Assembly: GCA_963726195.1 (NCBI GenBank)
Contig: CAVSBO010000005.1
Location: forward strand, 128,001-192,000
Direction: 5' to 3'
Origin: Candidatus Thorarchaeota archaeon
Lineage (GTDB): Archaea; Asgardarchaeota; Thorarchaeia; Thorarchaeales; Thorarchaeaceae
DNA: 64,000 nt
This document shows, piece after piece, positions 1 to 9,888 of the stretch. Position 1 is the first letter of the stretch. Every line of letters starts with the position of its first letter. Both the position numbers and the translations under genes were made by a program. Below the pieces are notes generated by a model. That model was not told where the DNA came from and did not search any database. It saw nothing but the letters and a program-made list of their open reading frames with translations.

Positions 1-1491
1 TATGCTCTGGGAAAAGGAGGAGAACAGCCTCCGAATGCAGACTTCAGCATTCAGGACATGATACGGTGTATCGAATCAAGTTCATCCATCGCCGACCTGT
101 ACAAGCCCTCGACTAGGACCGCCCTAATCCAGAGGTTGCGGCGAGCACAGAACCTCGGCATATTCCATCCGGGCGGAACCAGTGCTCAGGATCTTGCTGT
201 CGCAGGACAGATTACCATTATTGACATGGCACCTTTGGGATCAGACGCAGAAACAGTGTTAGCAATACTAACAAACATGCTGAGCAGGCAGATACTAACT
301 TACCGAATGGCTTGGACTGACGACGGAACGAGCGCAAGAGAAGAACTCCCTCCGACGTGGTTGATTGTTGATGAAGCTCAGACTCTGGTTCCCAGATCTG
401 GAACGACTCCGGCAAAGGACGCAATAGTGAGCTATGCAAAGCTTGGAAGAAGATTCGGTTGCAGTCTGGTTCTATGTACTCAGCAGCCATCGGCCGTGTC
501 CGATGAAGCGATATCGCAAGCCGACATTGTGATTTCACACTCTCTGTCGCATGACGCTGACATAAGGGCACTTCAGCAGAGAGCTCCAGCGGCAATGCCT
601 GAGGTCTTCAAGGACAAGGCATTCATCAGCGGCCTTCCGAGAGGCGTTGCTCTAGTATTCGATCAATCCACCGAGAACAGGCGGGGATTCATAATGCAGG
701 CGCGCCCGCGGATGTCACAACATGGCGGTACGGATAAGCTCTCTGCTTTGCTTGAGGCAACTAGGCTTCTTCCTCCTGAGGTACCCGAGGCAGAAGCAGG
801 GGCGACCGTCACTTCACAAGGGCCGACTGGCGCCGAAGATACTCTCCTCTGGAGTCTTCCGGATGTACCCAGGCCTCCATTGAAGCTGAGCCAGAAGGAC
901 TGGGATGTTTTGGATGATTGGATTAAGACCTACGTCGAGGGTTTCTTCGAGCGACAGAACAGGGAGTATGCCATTACAGAGGAGTCTGCTCCGAGAACAG
1001 AAGAGGCTCGTCCTGAGGTTCCAGTGTCACACCCGGCAGCCTATGGAGAAGGGACGCCGGCTCGGACTTCCGCGAAGTTCGTCGGGGTCATAGATGGGAA
1101 GAGAATTTCAGCGAGGGTTTTCGGTGACCTGCCGCGCTCGCTTCTTGAGAAAGCTATGCTACGCAAGGTGCTTTATTCCAAGTCGTCACAGTCCTACCTA
1201 TTCACTAGCTCATCCCTCCCCAGAGAATCCGTTGTGGTGCAACGCAACGATCCCACAGGCAACACCACGTTGCAGTCCGTCATGTCCTCGTTGTCGTCAG
1301 TGGGCATGACCTCGGAGTCAATTGTCACCGAAGACGGATTCACATTTGTGTTGATGAAGAAAGACTCCGTAAGGGCTTCCTTGTCAGTCGCGTTGAGTGG
1401 AAACACAACATGCGTGCCAATTGTCCTGGTCGGTTCCGATAAGAAGCAATTAGACTCTCTTGCTGGAAAACTGCGAGAGACAGCTCGTTAG
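1..1491 (+). CDS. HerA/FtsK-family P-loop ATPase, C-terminal part (5' end outside window), with a low-complexity C-terminal extension
   Basis: Frame is open from base 1 (YALGKGGEQPP...). Walker B WLIVDEAQ and the HerA-type arginine-finger motif KLGRRFGCSLVLCTQQPS are present. Confidence 0.75.
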   Translation, partial: YALGKGGEQPPNADFSIQDMIRCIESSSSIADLYKPSTRTALIQRLRRAQNLGIFHPGGTSAQDLAVAGQITIIDMAPLGSDAETVLAILTNMLSRQILTYRMAWTDDGTSAREELPPTWLIVDEAQTLVPRSGTTPAKDAIVSYAKLGRRFGCSLVLCTQQPSAVSDEAISQADIVISHSLSHDADIRALQQRAPAAMPEVFKDKAFISGLPRGVALVFDQSTENRRGFIMQARPRMSQHGGTDKLSALLEATRLLPPEVPEAEAGATVTSQGPTGAEDTLLWSLPDVPRPPLKLSQKDWDVLDDWIKTYVEGFFERQNREYAITEESAPRTEEARPEVPVSHPAAYGEGTPARTSAKFVGVIDGKRISARVFGDLPRSLLEKAMLRKVLYSKSSQSYLFTSSSLPRESVVVQRNDPTGNTTLQSVMSSLSSVGMTSESIVTEDGFTFVLMKKDSVRASLSVALSGNTTCVPIVLVGSDKKQLDSLAGKLRETAR

Positions 1492-1594
1492 GCGCGTGGG
1501 GGAGTACTCCAATCCGGGCATGTCGCGTGCCGAGATGACTTCTCTTAATGTAAGCTCTTATATGTAGGAATCAACATCTAAGTGCGCGACCCGT

Positions 1595-1954
1595 ATGGTA
1601 ACCCAAAAGGACATCCGACCGCCGGTTAACCTGAAGATTGCATCCATGAAGGACCTAGCCAGAATGTTGGTTTCTTGGTCGGGGCGGGACAGGCCCGCGA
1701 GCATGCTCTATTTTGAGTATCGCGGCAAACACATCTATGGTACCTTGATTTCCAATCATGGATACTTTGAAATGTATGGGCTTCCTCTGTGGGTGTACAC
1801 TGAGGGCGATGGGCCGCCGCGCGGAAACTTCATGACTTACAAGACTCGTGATAAAGAGACTATCGATTTTACTGAGTCTGTGGATTCTGATCCGATGACT
1901 GTCCATCTTCCAATAATAAGGCTGACAGAAAAGCCAATTATGATTGAGCTCTAG
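1595..1954 (+). CDS. Small conserved archaeal hypothetical protein
   Basis: Clean 119-aa ORF with ATG start; TATA-like TTATATG at ~1558; globular composition. Confidence 0.65.
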   Translation: MVTQKDIRPPVNLKIASMKDLARMLVSWSGRDRPASMLYFEYRGKHIYGTLISNHGYFEMYGLPLWVYTEGDGPPRGNFMTYKTRDKETIDFTESVDSDPMTVHLPIIRLTEKPIMIEL

Positions 1955-2166
1955 ATGCCAGAGAAGCTATTGGCCTGTGTGAAGTGAGCTGTCACAATTG
2001 GGCCGCAGTTCCGTAACGGAACAAAATGAATGTCCGCTTGCGAAACCATCCATTGCAAGAGTCTCCACTTGAGGCTATGTGGCGAAGCAGGAACCTGATG
2101 TAGTTACGTTGTCGACCTCCAAGTCTCGGACTCTGTTCATTTTGGCTTGATGGCACCTATTACGCT

Positions 2167-3210
2167 TCAATAGATCTCCCTAGGTGATGCTCGAAGCAGG
2201 CTCACCAGAATTACACCCGCGAAAATCAAGAAAGCCAGCCATATGACAAGGGTCACTATTAGCAAATCCGTCTTGAAGAATATCTCAACCAAGAGAAACA
2301 TCCCGACGATGACCACATTCGAGGTGCCTCCGAATGTGCTGCTGTCAGCGGTCTTGAGTCGCCATCGCACGAGGACCATTAGGACAACTATGAGCAGTGA
2401 TATCCAATTGATGTACTCAGTGAACAGCCAAGACATGTTCTGGAATGGAACAGTGCCGAAAGGAGTGGGAATGGGAGGAAGATAGAATACTACGAATGTC
2501 AGAAACAGGAATGTCTCGAGAGTCCTAATCCATCCTGCAGGAGTTGTTGTGTATACCTCTCCGTAAAGTCCCTTGTCGTACTGGCCCGCAGCAAAGTAAA
2601 CAAAATAGACGGGGGCACCAAAACTCAAAGCATTCACGAGGCACTGCGCGATTCCGTAAACGATACTGAACCAGTAAGTGCTCCAAGCTGCTAGTATCGC
2701 CTGCCAAACCTGAAGGTAGGCTGCGGTGAACTGAATCATCACAATGAATGGCAATATGCAGAGTGCAATTCCCACAAGGGCCCCCAGTGCGGCCGCGGGC
2801 TTTCCTCCGCCCATCTTGCCGACCCCGACTGTGTAGAAGACATGACCTGCCACAAATAACCCTCCCACAAATGCCATGGGCGCCGTGATCAAGGGCAGAA
2901 TGAAGAAAACCAGGACAAATGCAGCGTTGGTGCCATAGAAGATCCTCCACCTTAGTGGCACAGTCGTTGTGGTTTCTCGCATGAGACGGACTGCGTTTGC
3001 TAGGCGATAGCGTTCGTAGTACATCATTCCAACCCACGCTGCCGAAAAGACCGTTGGCGCTGCGACATGATGGAATAACCAGTTTAGCAGAGGGTCCTCG
3101 AACGGCGCCATCTCAAAGGGCAATACGAACATCAGTAGAAAGAAATAGACTGGTCCTAGTATGGCGAGCACAACAACAACGATTCGCGTCATTAGCCAGT
3201 CAGGACTCAT
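2167..3210 (-). CDS. Polytopic membrane protein of unknown function
   Basis: About 9 hydrophobic segments. Start placed at ATG 3210 (MSPDWL) to avoid overlap with the divergent pyrF. Confidence 0.7.
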   Translation of the reverse strand: MSPDWLMTRIVVVVLAILGPVYFFLLMFVLPFEMAPFEDPLLNWLFHHVAAPTVFSAAWVGMMYYERYRLANAVRLMRETTTTVPLRWRIFYGTNAAFVLVFFILPLITAPMAFVGGLFVAGHVFYTVGVGKMGGGKPAAALGALVGIALCILPFIVMIQFTAAYLQVWQAILAAWSTYWFSIVYGIAQCLVNALSFGAPVYFVYFAAGQYDKGLYGEVYTTTPAGWIRTLETFLFLTFVVFYLPPIPTPFGTVPFQNMSWLFTEYINWISLLIVVLMVLVRWRLKTADSSTFGGTSNVVIVGMFLLVEIFFKTDLLIVTLVIWLAFLIFAGVILVSLLRASPREIY

Positions 3211-3302
3211 CAAATCTGTCTCCAAGCGATATTTCCGAATTGGATATATGCGAGCGTCAACATGGACGAAATAAGAGTTATCGGATATTGAAGGTGCTGA
3301 TT

Positions 3303-4106
3303 GTGCAGGTCCTGAAACGCAAGCTGGCGGCTGCCGCATATCTGAGGAAGAGTCGACTGATAGTCGGGCTCGATTTTACAGCGAACATGGCACAAGCACC
3401 GGGCAAAGACCCGCGGCTGGAAAGGGATCGGCTCGAAAAGGACGCCTTGAGAGTGATTACCAGTACAGCTGACTATGCAGTCGCATTCAAGTTCAATTAT
3501 CAATTGGTTTTGCCCTTGGGTTTGTTTGACAGGGTCCCAAGTCTCATTGACAAGATTCACGGTTACGGTCTCACTGCAATTATGGACTGCAAGATGAACG
3601 ATATTGGGAACACAAATGAGCATGCGGCTCGGTACTACTATGACGCAGGCTTCGATGCTATCATTGTGAACCCAATGGTCGGCTGGGAGGGTGGTTTGGA
3701 CTCGGTGTTCAAGATAGCTCAAGCTCAGGACCGTGGCATAATCACGCTGTGCTACATGTCTCATCCTGCCGCTGACGAGGGGTATGGTCTCAACGTTGCA
3801 GTCGACAAGAAGATGAAGGTCCACGAGCCCTTGTACGTCATATTTGCTCGTCGCGCACAATCGTGGAAATCGGACGGGGTAATTGTGGGAGCCACATATC
3901 CCGAGAAGATAACTGAGGTTAAGGGAATTCTCGGCGATGAGATACCAATTATCGCTCCGGGTGTCGGAGCTCAAGGTGGAAGTGCAGCAGAGGCCATAAG
4001 CGCTGGCGCATCCTACGTGATTGCTGTGAGGTCAATAATAGAATCAGCAGATCCAGGGGCCGCAGCGAAAGCTCTAGCCGCAGAGACGCAGAGAGCTTCT
4101 TCTTGA
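3303..4106 (+). CDS. pyrF: Orotidine-5'-phosphate decarboxylase
   Basis: IVGLD, AFKFN, DCKMNDIGNT (DxKxxDIxxT), VIVGAT and APGVGAQGG motifs; GTG at 3303 follows a GAAGGTG RBS-like sequence. Confidence 0.93.
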   Translation: MQVLKRKLAAAAYLRKSRLIVGLDFTANMAQAPGKDPRLERDRLEKDALRVITSTADYAVAFKFNYQLVLPLGLFDRVPSLIDKIHGYGLTAIMDCKMNDIGNTNEHAARYYYDAGFDAIIVNPMVGWEGGLDSVFKIAQAQDRGIITLCYMSHPAADEGYGLNVAVDKKMKVHEPLYVIFARRAQSWKSDGVIVGATYPEKITEVKGILGDEIPIIAPGVGAQGGSAAEAISAGASYVIAVRSIIESADPGAAAKALAAETQRASS

Positions 4107-4243
4107 GGACCATTAAGGGCCCACAGTCAGAGTCTTGGCCCAACAGACATAGTACGGTTGTGTACACCATGGTCAGATATGCAGCACTTCCACGATTCGA
4201 TAGCAGGAAACAGTTAAAGGACAAGGCCCGTATGTCTAGCGTG

Positions 4244-4265
4244 GCATGTACAGTATTGTACATGC
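4244..4265. promoter_or_regulatory. Perfect inverted repeat, candidate transcription-factor operator
   Basis: GCATGTACA-gtat-TGTACATGC in the intergenic region 40-60 bp upstream of the aminotransferase. Confidence 0.4.
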
Positions 4266-4301
4266 GTAACAGAAAGGGGTGATGCCCAGCCATCATTCTT
4301 T

Positions 4302-5585
4302 TTGGAGAGTAAGTTCATGCCGAACAATGAGGGCTACGCCTTTGCGACTTGGACAAGCTTCATTGAAGAGTCGCAGATTCGAGCACTTCTCAAGTACAAA
4401 GTGAAGTACTACTTTGCTGGCGGAAAACCGGGAATCGTGCCTACCGGCGTCTTTGCAAAGATAATGGCCGACTTGAGCGAGCGGTACAAGAAAGATCCTG
4501 TAATGGCATTGGATGATTTGAACTACGGACCAACCGGGGGTCAGCCGTATTTTCTCAAGACACTGGCAGAGCGGCTTCACAGAGTTAGGGGTCTCTCGAT
4601 TGATAGCGAAACTCAGTGGGAACGAGTCTGCATTACGAATGGATCCCAGCAGGCTATCTATGCTTTGCTTGACACACTCATTGACCCTGGCGATGTGATA
4701 ATCACTCCATCCCCCGCATATCTCGGATTTCTTGTGCCCGCAGTGAAGCTCGGAGCGCGGGTCGTAACGGTGCCAACTGATTTGGACGGAATAATCCCGG
4801 AGTACGTCGAGAAGGCTATTGGCGTTTCGCAAGAGAAGTTCGGCAAGAAACCCGATATCGTCTACGTAGTACCCGAATCGGACAACCCGAAGGGGACCAC
4901 GTTGCCCTGGAAGAGACGGCAAGACTTGTTTGATATTTCTGAAAACCACAAGATGCTGATAATCGAAGATGCGGCGTATGCTGAGATACAATTCAAGAAA
5001 ATTCCAAAGCCGATCAAGTCGCTCGACAAGGAGAATCAACGCGTGGCATATCTCGGAACTACGAGTAAGGAAGCTGCAGTCTTGCGAGTAGGCTATTCTA
5101 TGCTTCCAGATAGTGTAAGAGAGCAGGTCCTCAAAGATAAGGGATACCTCGACCTCTGCACCTCAAGCTTCGTTCAGCGGATTCTCGATGAGTACTACCG
5201 CAAGTATATCGATGAAGCTATGCGAGTGGCTGTTCCAAAGTACAAGGAAAGATGTACAGCGATGGCGAAAGCAATCGACTCTGACTTCCCAGCCGGAGAA
5301 AGAACGGACCCCACTGGCGGGTTCTTCATCTGGTGGCAAAGTGACAAGAAAAGCTTTGACAGCAGCGAGTTCATGGAGAGGGTCGCGATTCCCAACGACG
5401 TCATGTATGTTCCAGGAGCTCCGTTCTACCCCATCTCAGGGTTCACACTGACGAATGACGGAACTGACCTAGTGGCAAGTGTCCCTGAGGCGAATACCAT
5501 GCGTTTGGGTTTTTCATTCGAGGAACCAAAGCTAATAGCAGAGGGCATAGAGCGGCTCGGAAAGCTTCTGTCCAAGGAGCTATGA
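4302..5585 (+). CDS. PLP-dependent aminotransferase class I/II (LysN/ARO8/MocR-like)
   Basis: ITNGSQQA, NPKG, IIEDAAY, GTTSK (PLP lysine), LRVGY, GGFFIW and MRLGFS motifs. Alternative start is ATG 4317. Confidence 0.9.
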   Translation: MESKFMPNNEGYAFATWTSFIEESQIRALLKYKVKYYFAGGKPGIVPTGVFAKIMADLSERYKKDPVMALDDLNYGPTGGQPYFLKTLAERLHRVRGLSIDSETQWERVCITNGSQQAIYALLDTLIDPGDVIITPSPAYLGFLVPAVKLGARVVTVPTDLDGIIPEYVEKAIGVSQEKFGKKPDIVYVVPESDNPKGTTLPWKRRQDLFDISENHKMLIIEDAAYAEIQFKKIPKPIKSLDKENQRVAYLGTTSKEAAVLRVGYSMLPDSVREQVLKDKGYLDLCTSSFVQRILDEYYRKYIDEAMRVAVPKYKERCTAMAKAIDSDFPAGERTDPTGGFFIWWQSDKKSFDSSEFMERVAIPNDVMYVPGAPFYPISGFTLTNDGTDLVASVPEANTMRLGFSFEEPKLIAEGIERLGKLLSKEL

Positions 5586-7329
5586 TCAACGCCCTTCTCG
5601 CGATTCGTTCTCCCGAATCGAGAAGTTGACGAAGACTGTCGCACCATTCTTCATCTCATCGAAATACGCTCGGTCATAAGGCCCGAAAAGATCAGGGAAC
5701 CCTGAGTTGATTGCCCACTCAATCCAGGACCAAGCACTTTCCTGTCCGGCCTTTTCTTCCGCGAATTCACCGAATGACCAGCTCAAGTAGCGCTCAAGTT
5801 CAAATCTGGTATCTAGAAGAGTGCTGGCTTCCTCTTCTGATGAATGAGACGCAGAGTCCTTGACCCTCGCTAGATCCTCGTTCAATGTCTCTCTCGTCGT
5901 TGCTACTAGCTCAGCCAGATCCCACAATGCTGAATTCATTTCGTCGAACCTGCGCTTGCTGCGAAGCTTGGCCATCTTGCCTAGCATGCTGAAAAGCCTT
6001 GGCGAATGCATAACTGAGAGTCCGCGTGCTTTCAAAGCGCCTGCGAGTCTGTTCGTTCCAGGGAGTGTTGAAATAGGCTCGTGGGTATTTTACGAATAAC
6101 GGGAATGGCACATCTAGAGCATTGGCGACGGGTATGACTTGCGCGTAGTAAGCTGCCTCCCCTATCCCTCCAATGTGAACTATGATAGGCAAAACGAAAT
6201 CCATGATTAGTTGTCTGGAATCAACACGGGGTGATAGGCATTCGGCGACGTCGCTTAGATCCGGTTCGTCGGCATCTAGTTCGATGTTAATCTTGTCCCC
6301 ACACGAGGGACATTGACCCGTGAGCGCAACCCTTGAACCCTGCTCGGAGTGTTGTAGTTCTGTCCTGCTTGAATGGCAGGGGGCTTTCTGGCACTCATAA
6401 TAGAACGGAACGTATTCTTCGCCTCTAGAACCCATCCCTGGCCTGAAACCATTCTCGGTGATGAGATTAGTGGCTGCTTCATGTGCCTGCAAGAATATGG
6501 TCCTGTTGGGACGGGCGAGAAGGAATTCCATACCTGCGGTCATCAAGTGTCTGATTCGAGAATCGGAAGCGGGCACGATGGGAATTCCGAGGTCCTGTTC
6601 AATATTGAACAGCCGAGCGAGGATTCTTTCCGACCATTCCCCTAGCATACGAGAGTTGACGAATGCAGACCGTGCGACAGCAAGACAGTGCTCGAGTCGT
6701 TCTTGGAAGAGAGTATGGGCGTTCCCGGACAGAGCTTTGAAGAGCGGTCTATATCCTGCCCGGATTCCTTCCTCAACCTGCGAGTACCAATCGTGATCGG
6801 GTAGGGGTATCGCATGAACTGGAGCGTATTCATACCCCTCTGGGACCGGCAGACTGGCAAGATTGCCAGCCTGTCCTTCAGCTGGCGTTCTTGTGTTCGT
6901 CAGCTCCGGCTGAACGATATCGTAGTCTGCTACGAAGAAGACCGGTGATAGGTCGATGCTTTTCTCGTGTCCGAGTGCAGATATCTTTCTAGCTGAAGCA
7001 GCCTTGTTGAGTATGTAGCAGGGCCCGCCCATCGCAACACTCTGGTGCGATGCTTCGACCACGCCCTCCGGAATGCGCTCAATAGCTGCCTTCACCTTCG
7101 GCGTGAGACCGTTCAGGTGCTGGTTCAGGTCTTCGAGTGCCCTTCGAAGCATCTCCATACGTTCGTTGGTATGCCATCCCATTTTGGCATATGTACTTAC
7201 AATGGCTGGTGCCCTTTCTCCGAAGCCGCCCATTGTCACTACTGGATTATCATAGAGCTTCTCTGCAAGCTCTGCAAATCCCCCTTTCCAGATGAAGTCT
7301 TGATAGACCTCCACAATGCCGAGGTCCAT
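5586..7329 (-). CDS. bshC: BshC-like bacillithiol cysteine-adding enzyme; one +1 frameshift near 6050
   Basis: HQSVAMGGPCYILNK, PVFFVADYD and LSPRVDSRQLIMDFVLPIIVHIGGIGEAAYYAQ resemble BshC blocks. Removing one base near 6051 joins ORF 5911-7329 to ORF 5586-6035 (WNE-RLAGALKARG). Adjacent to bshA. Confidence 0.75.
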
Positions 7330-7344
7330 TTCTACTGTCCTCCT

Positions 7345-8517
7345 TCAGCTGGCGATGGCCTCTTCGAATACCTTCTCGTACATGGGCACGATTTTGTCCG
7401 GTGAGAAGTTCTCAACTACTCTCTTCCTCCCGGCCTTGGCAAGCCTGCTGCGAAGGGAATCATTCTCGAGGATTCTGATAACCTCTTGAGCATACTCATC
7501 AGGCTCGAAGGTCTTTGTAACAATCCCATCCACTCCAGAGCGTACTAGTTCCGGCACGCCGCCAGCTGGAGTAGTAACAACTGGTACCTGACATGCCATC
7601 GATTCCAGCAAGACGAGAGGCATACCTTCCAACGTTGAGTTGAGGAGGAATGCGTCCGCGCCGCATAGAATCTCCTGTATATTCGACCTCACACCTAGGA
7701 GGTGAACGTTGTCGCAGAGACCCAGTTTCTCCATTTTTCTTTCGACATCAACCCTGCTGGGTCCTTCTCCAACTACTATTAGATGGGTCTTGGGTAGCTC
7801 ATTAACCACTGTTCGAATGATATCGATGAGATCGGTCACGCGTTTCACTTCTCTGAAGTTAGAAATATGAAGGAGCACCTTCTCATCAGGATCGATGGTC
7901 TTCGTGCTCTCTCCCTTGTTTATCCCGACACAGCCGCTCTCAACTTTGATGCGGCAGCCTTCCATGGGATGAAATTGCTGAATATCCACGAAATTCGGGA
8001 TTACGTGGATTTCTCTTTCTATGCCAAGTGCGTCATACGCCTTTTGCTGGAGGAATCTTGAAACCGCGGTGACCGCGTTCGCTTTCTCTACTGTGAATTG
8101 GACTACCGGTTTGTAGGCCGGGTCGGGCCCAAGTGTGTGAACGTCTGAACCATGCAGAGTGATCACGTAAGGTAGCCCTGCGATTTCTCTTGCCATGTAT
8201 GCCGCCATTGCATGAGGGATTGCATAATGCGCGTGCACCATGTCGAGTTTGGCGTCGTTTGCTACCTTCAGGATCTTCGAAGTCAACGGCATTGTGTAAG
8301 GAGATCCTATGCCGCTGAAGAGTGGATAGTCGAGCCTGTCAACCAAGTCAACGTAAATGCCCGGGGGCTGTTCCCACATTAGTGCGAACGGACGTTGATA
8401 CGTGATGAAGTGTATGATGTGTCCTCGCTGAGTGAGATGCTCTCCGAGTCGAGTTGCTAGATGGCCCGATCCACCGACTCCAGGAAACAGGTTCACACCT
8501 ATGCGCAAATTGCTCAC
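7345..8517 (-). CDS. bshA: N-acetyl-alpha-D-glucosaminyl L-malate synthase (GT4)
   Basis: BshA-typical GGSGHLATRLG, HFITYQRPF, HAHYAIPHA, TLHGSDV and HISNFREVKR motifs, plus the GT4 motif EGMPLVLLE. Confidence 0.88.
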   Translation of the reverse strand: MSNLRIGVNLFPGVGGSGHLATRLGEHLTQRGHIIHFITYQRPFALMWEQPPGIYVDLVDRLDYPLFSGIGSPYTMPLTSKILKVANDAKLDMVHAHYAIPHAMAAYMAREIAGLPYVITLHGSDVHTLGPDPAYKPVVQFTVEKANAVTAVSRFLQQKAYDALGIEREIHVIPNFVDIQQFHPMEGCRIKVESGCVGINKGESTKTIDPDEKVLLHISNFREVKRVTDLIDIIRTVVNELPKTHLIVVGEGPSRVDVERKMEKLGLCDNVHLLGVRSNIQEILCGADAFLLNSTLEGMPLVLLESMACQVPVVTTPAGGVPELVRSGVDGIVTKTFEPDEYAQEVIRILENDSLRSRLAKAGRKRVVENFSPDKIVPMYEKVFEEAIAS

Positions 8518-8666
8518 TCAGTATTGGAAACTCGTTCTTTCCCTTTAAGCGAACTGGTCCAGCAAAGCGGATTTCCAAGAGCACTGTGTCGCTTTCGTGA
8601 ATGCGGACGATCCGTAGATCCAGATAGGTCCAAACCTTGATTAGCCACCCTCTGTGAGTTCCAATC

Positions 8667-9335
8667 ATGACTCCCTCCGACCATGCCTCAATCCTTGTGG
8701 TAGTGGCACATCCTGATGATGAATGCATTGGCGCAGGTGGCACAATCAGGAAGCATGTTGACCAAGGTTTCGAGACCGATGTCTTGTGTTTGACGGGCAA
8801 TGAAGTGCGAAACGCGGAGCTCAAGGCCGCATGCGAGGTACTTGGAGTTAGGGAGGTGTACACGAACGAGCGTGACGACTTTGCCATTGACTGGCCCCTT
8901 GAGCAGGAGATAGTGTCAGCCATACTGAAGTCTCGGCCGTCAGTCATCATCACACATTCTGTGAAGGACTACAACCGAAATCACGTTCGATGCTCGAAGC
9001 TTGTCGCCGATGCCGTCGAATGGGCGTCACACGTGACAATGTACGAGGATGCTGTTCGCGTTGACAGGGTCTATTGCATGGAGATCAACAGCCTGCATTC
9101 ACGACCTAACGTTCTCGTTGATGTGTCCAATTCCTTCGATGCGGCCATGGATGCCCTTCGAAAGCACAGCTCGCAGCTTGAGAAGGCTGATGGCTTCTAC
9201 TCACGATTCTATGATGCAAGAACCCGTCTGCGTGGAGTTCAGGCTGCGTGCGATAGAGCTGAAGCCTTTACGGTCTCGTTTCCTTTTCACGCAGGACCGT
9301 TCTATCGAAGAAATGCGGTCGAGAGTCTGATCTAG
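8667..9335 (+). CDS. bshB: PIG-L/LmbE-family N-acetylglucosaminyl deacetylase (BshB-like)
   Basis: VVAHPDDE and HSSQ motifs; divergent from bshA-bshC. The second metal motif is divergent (NRNH in place of HxDH). Confidence 0.7.
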   Translation: MTPSDHASILVVVAHPDDECIGAGGTIRKHVDQGFETDVLCLTGNEVRNAELKAACEVLGVREVYTNERDDFAIDWPLEQEIVSAILKSRPSVIITHSVKDYNRNHVRCSKLVADAVEWASHVTMYEDAVRVDRVYCMEINSLHSRPNVLVDVSNSFDAAMDALRKHSSQLEKADGFYSRFYDARTRLRGVQAACDRAEAFTVSFPFHAGPFYRRNAVESLI

Positions 9336-9347
9336 AAGCTTGAACTA

Positions 9348-9771
9348 CTACCCGGGACCTTCAGCCCCACCTGTGTCTCCCTTCTTCCTTCTTGCAGAAA
9401 GAAGTGACTTCAGTTCTCCCATGAGGTTGCCTCCTGCACCAGCAGGTGCGGCAGCGGGCAGGCGGTGGCGTTGCGGCTTTGGCAGCTGCGCCCTTTGACG
9501 CAGGAGCTGGTCCACCTTGAGCGGGAGCCGATGGACCCGCAGTCTTGGCGCTTGAAATCTTACTGTCGAGTTGGCTGATACGTGCTTCGAGTCCTCCGAC
9601 CTTGGTCTGAAGCTCTGAGACCGTGGTCTGCAGTTCACCGATCACACCAACCAATTTCATCGTGACGGTAGAGACGACTTCTCCGAGCTCACGGATCTTC
9701 TCATCATTGGGGTCCTTTAGTGCCCACTCGAAGTCTTCCATGATTCCCAATTCGTCTTTGTCGTCAGCCAT
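9348..9771 (-). CDS. Coiled-coil, Ala/Pro-rich protein with a C-terminal Ena/VASP FAB-like motif; one +1 frameshift at ~9456-9458
   Basis: Starts MADDKDEL with a heptad coil (VIGELQTTVSELQTKVGGLEARISQLDSKIS). Deleting one C from GCCC gives ...KAATPPPAAAAPAGAGGNLMGELKSLLSARRKKGDTGGAEGPG*. Confidence 0.65.
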
Positions 9772-9888
9772 GGCACAGACCACTTCTTCAAGTTTCAATG
9801 ACTTGGTTTTGCTATAAACATTACCTGCATATTGAATCATCTACTTGGTACGTGAAGCAAATCGATACCAAAAGGTCCTAGGTTCCGT

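Noticed and set aside
2997-3339. Overlapping N-terminal extensions of pyrF (from 2997) and the membrane protein (from 3339)
   Set aside because: Artefacts of longest-ORF calling; starts at 3303 and 3210 remove the overlap and leave a divergent promoter gap.
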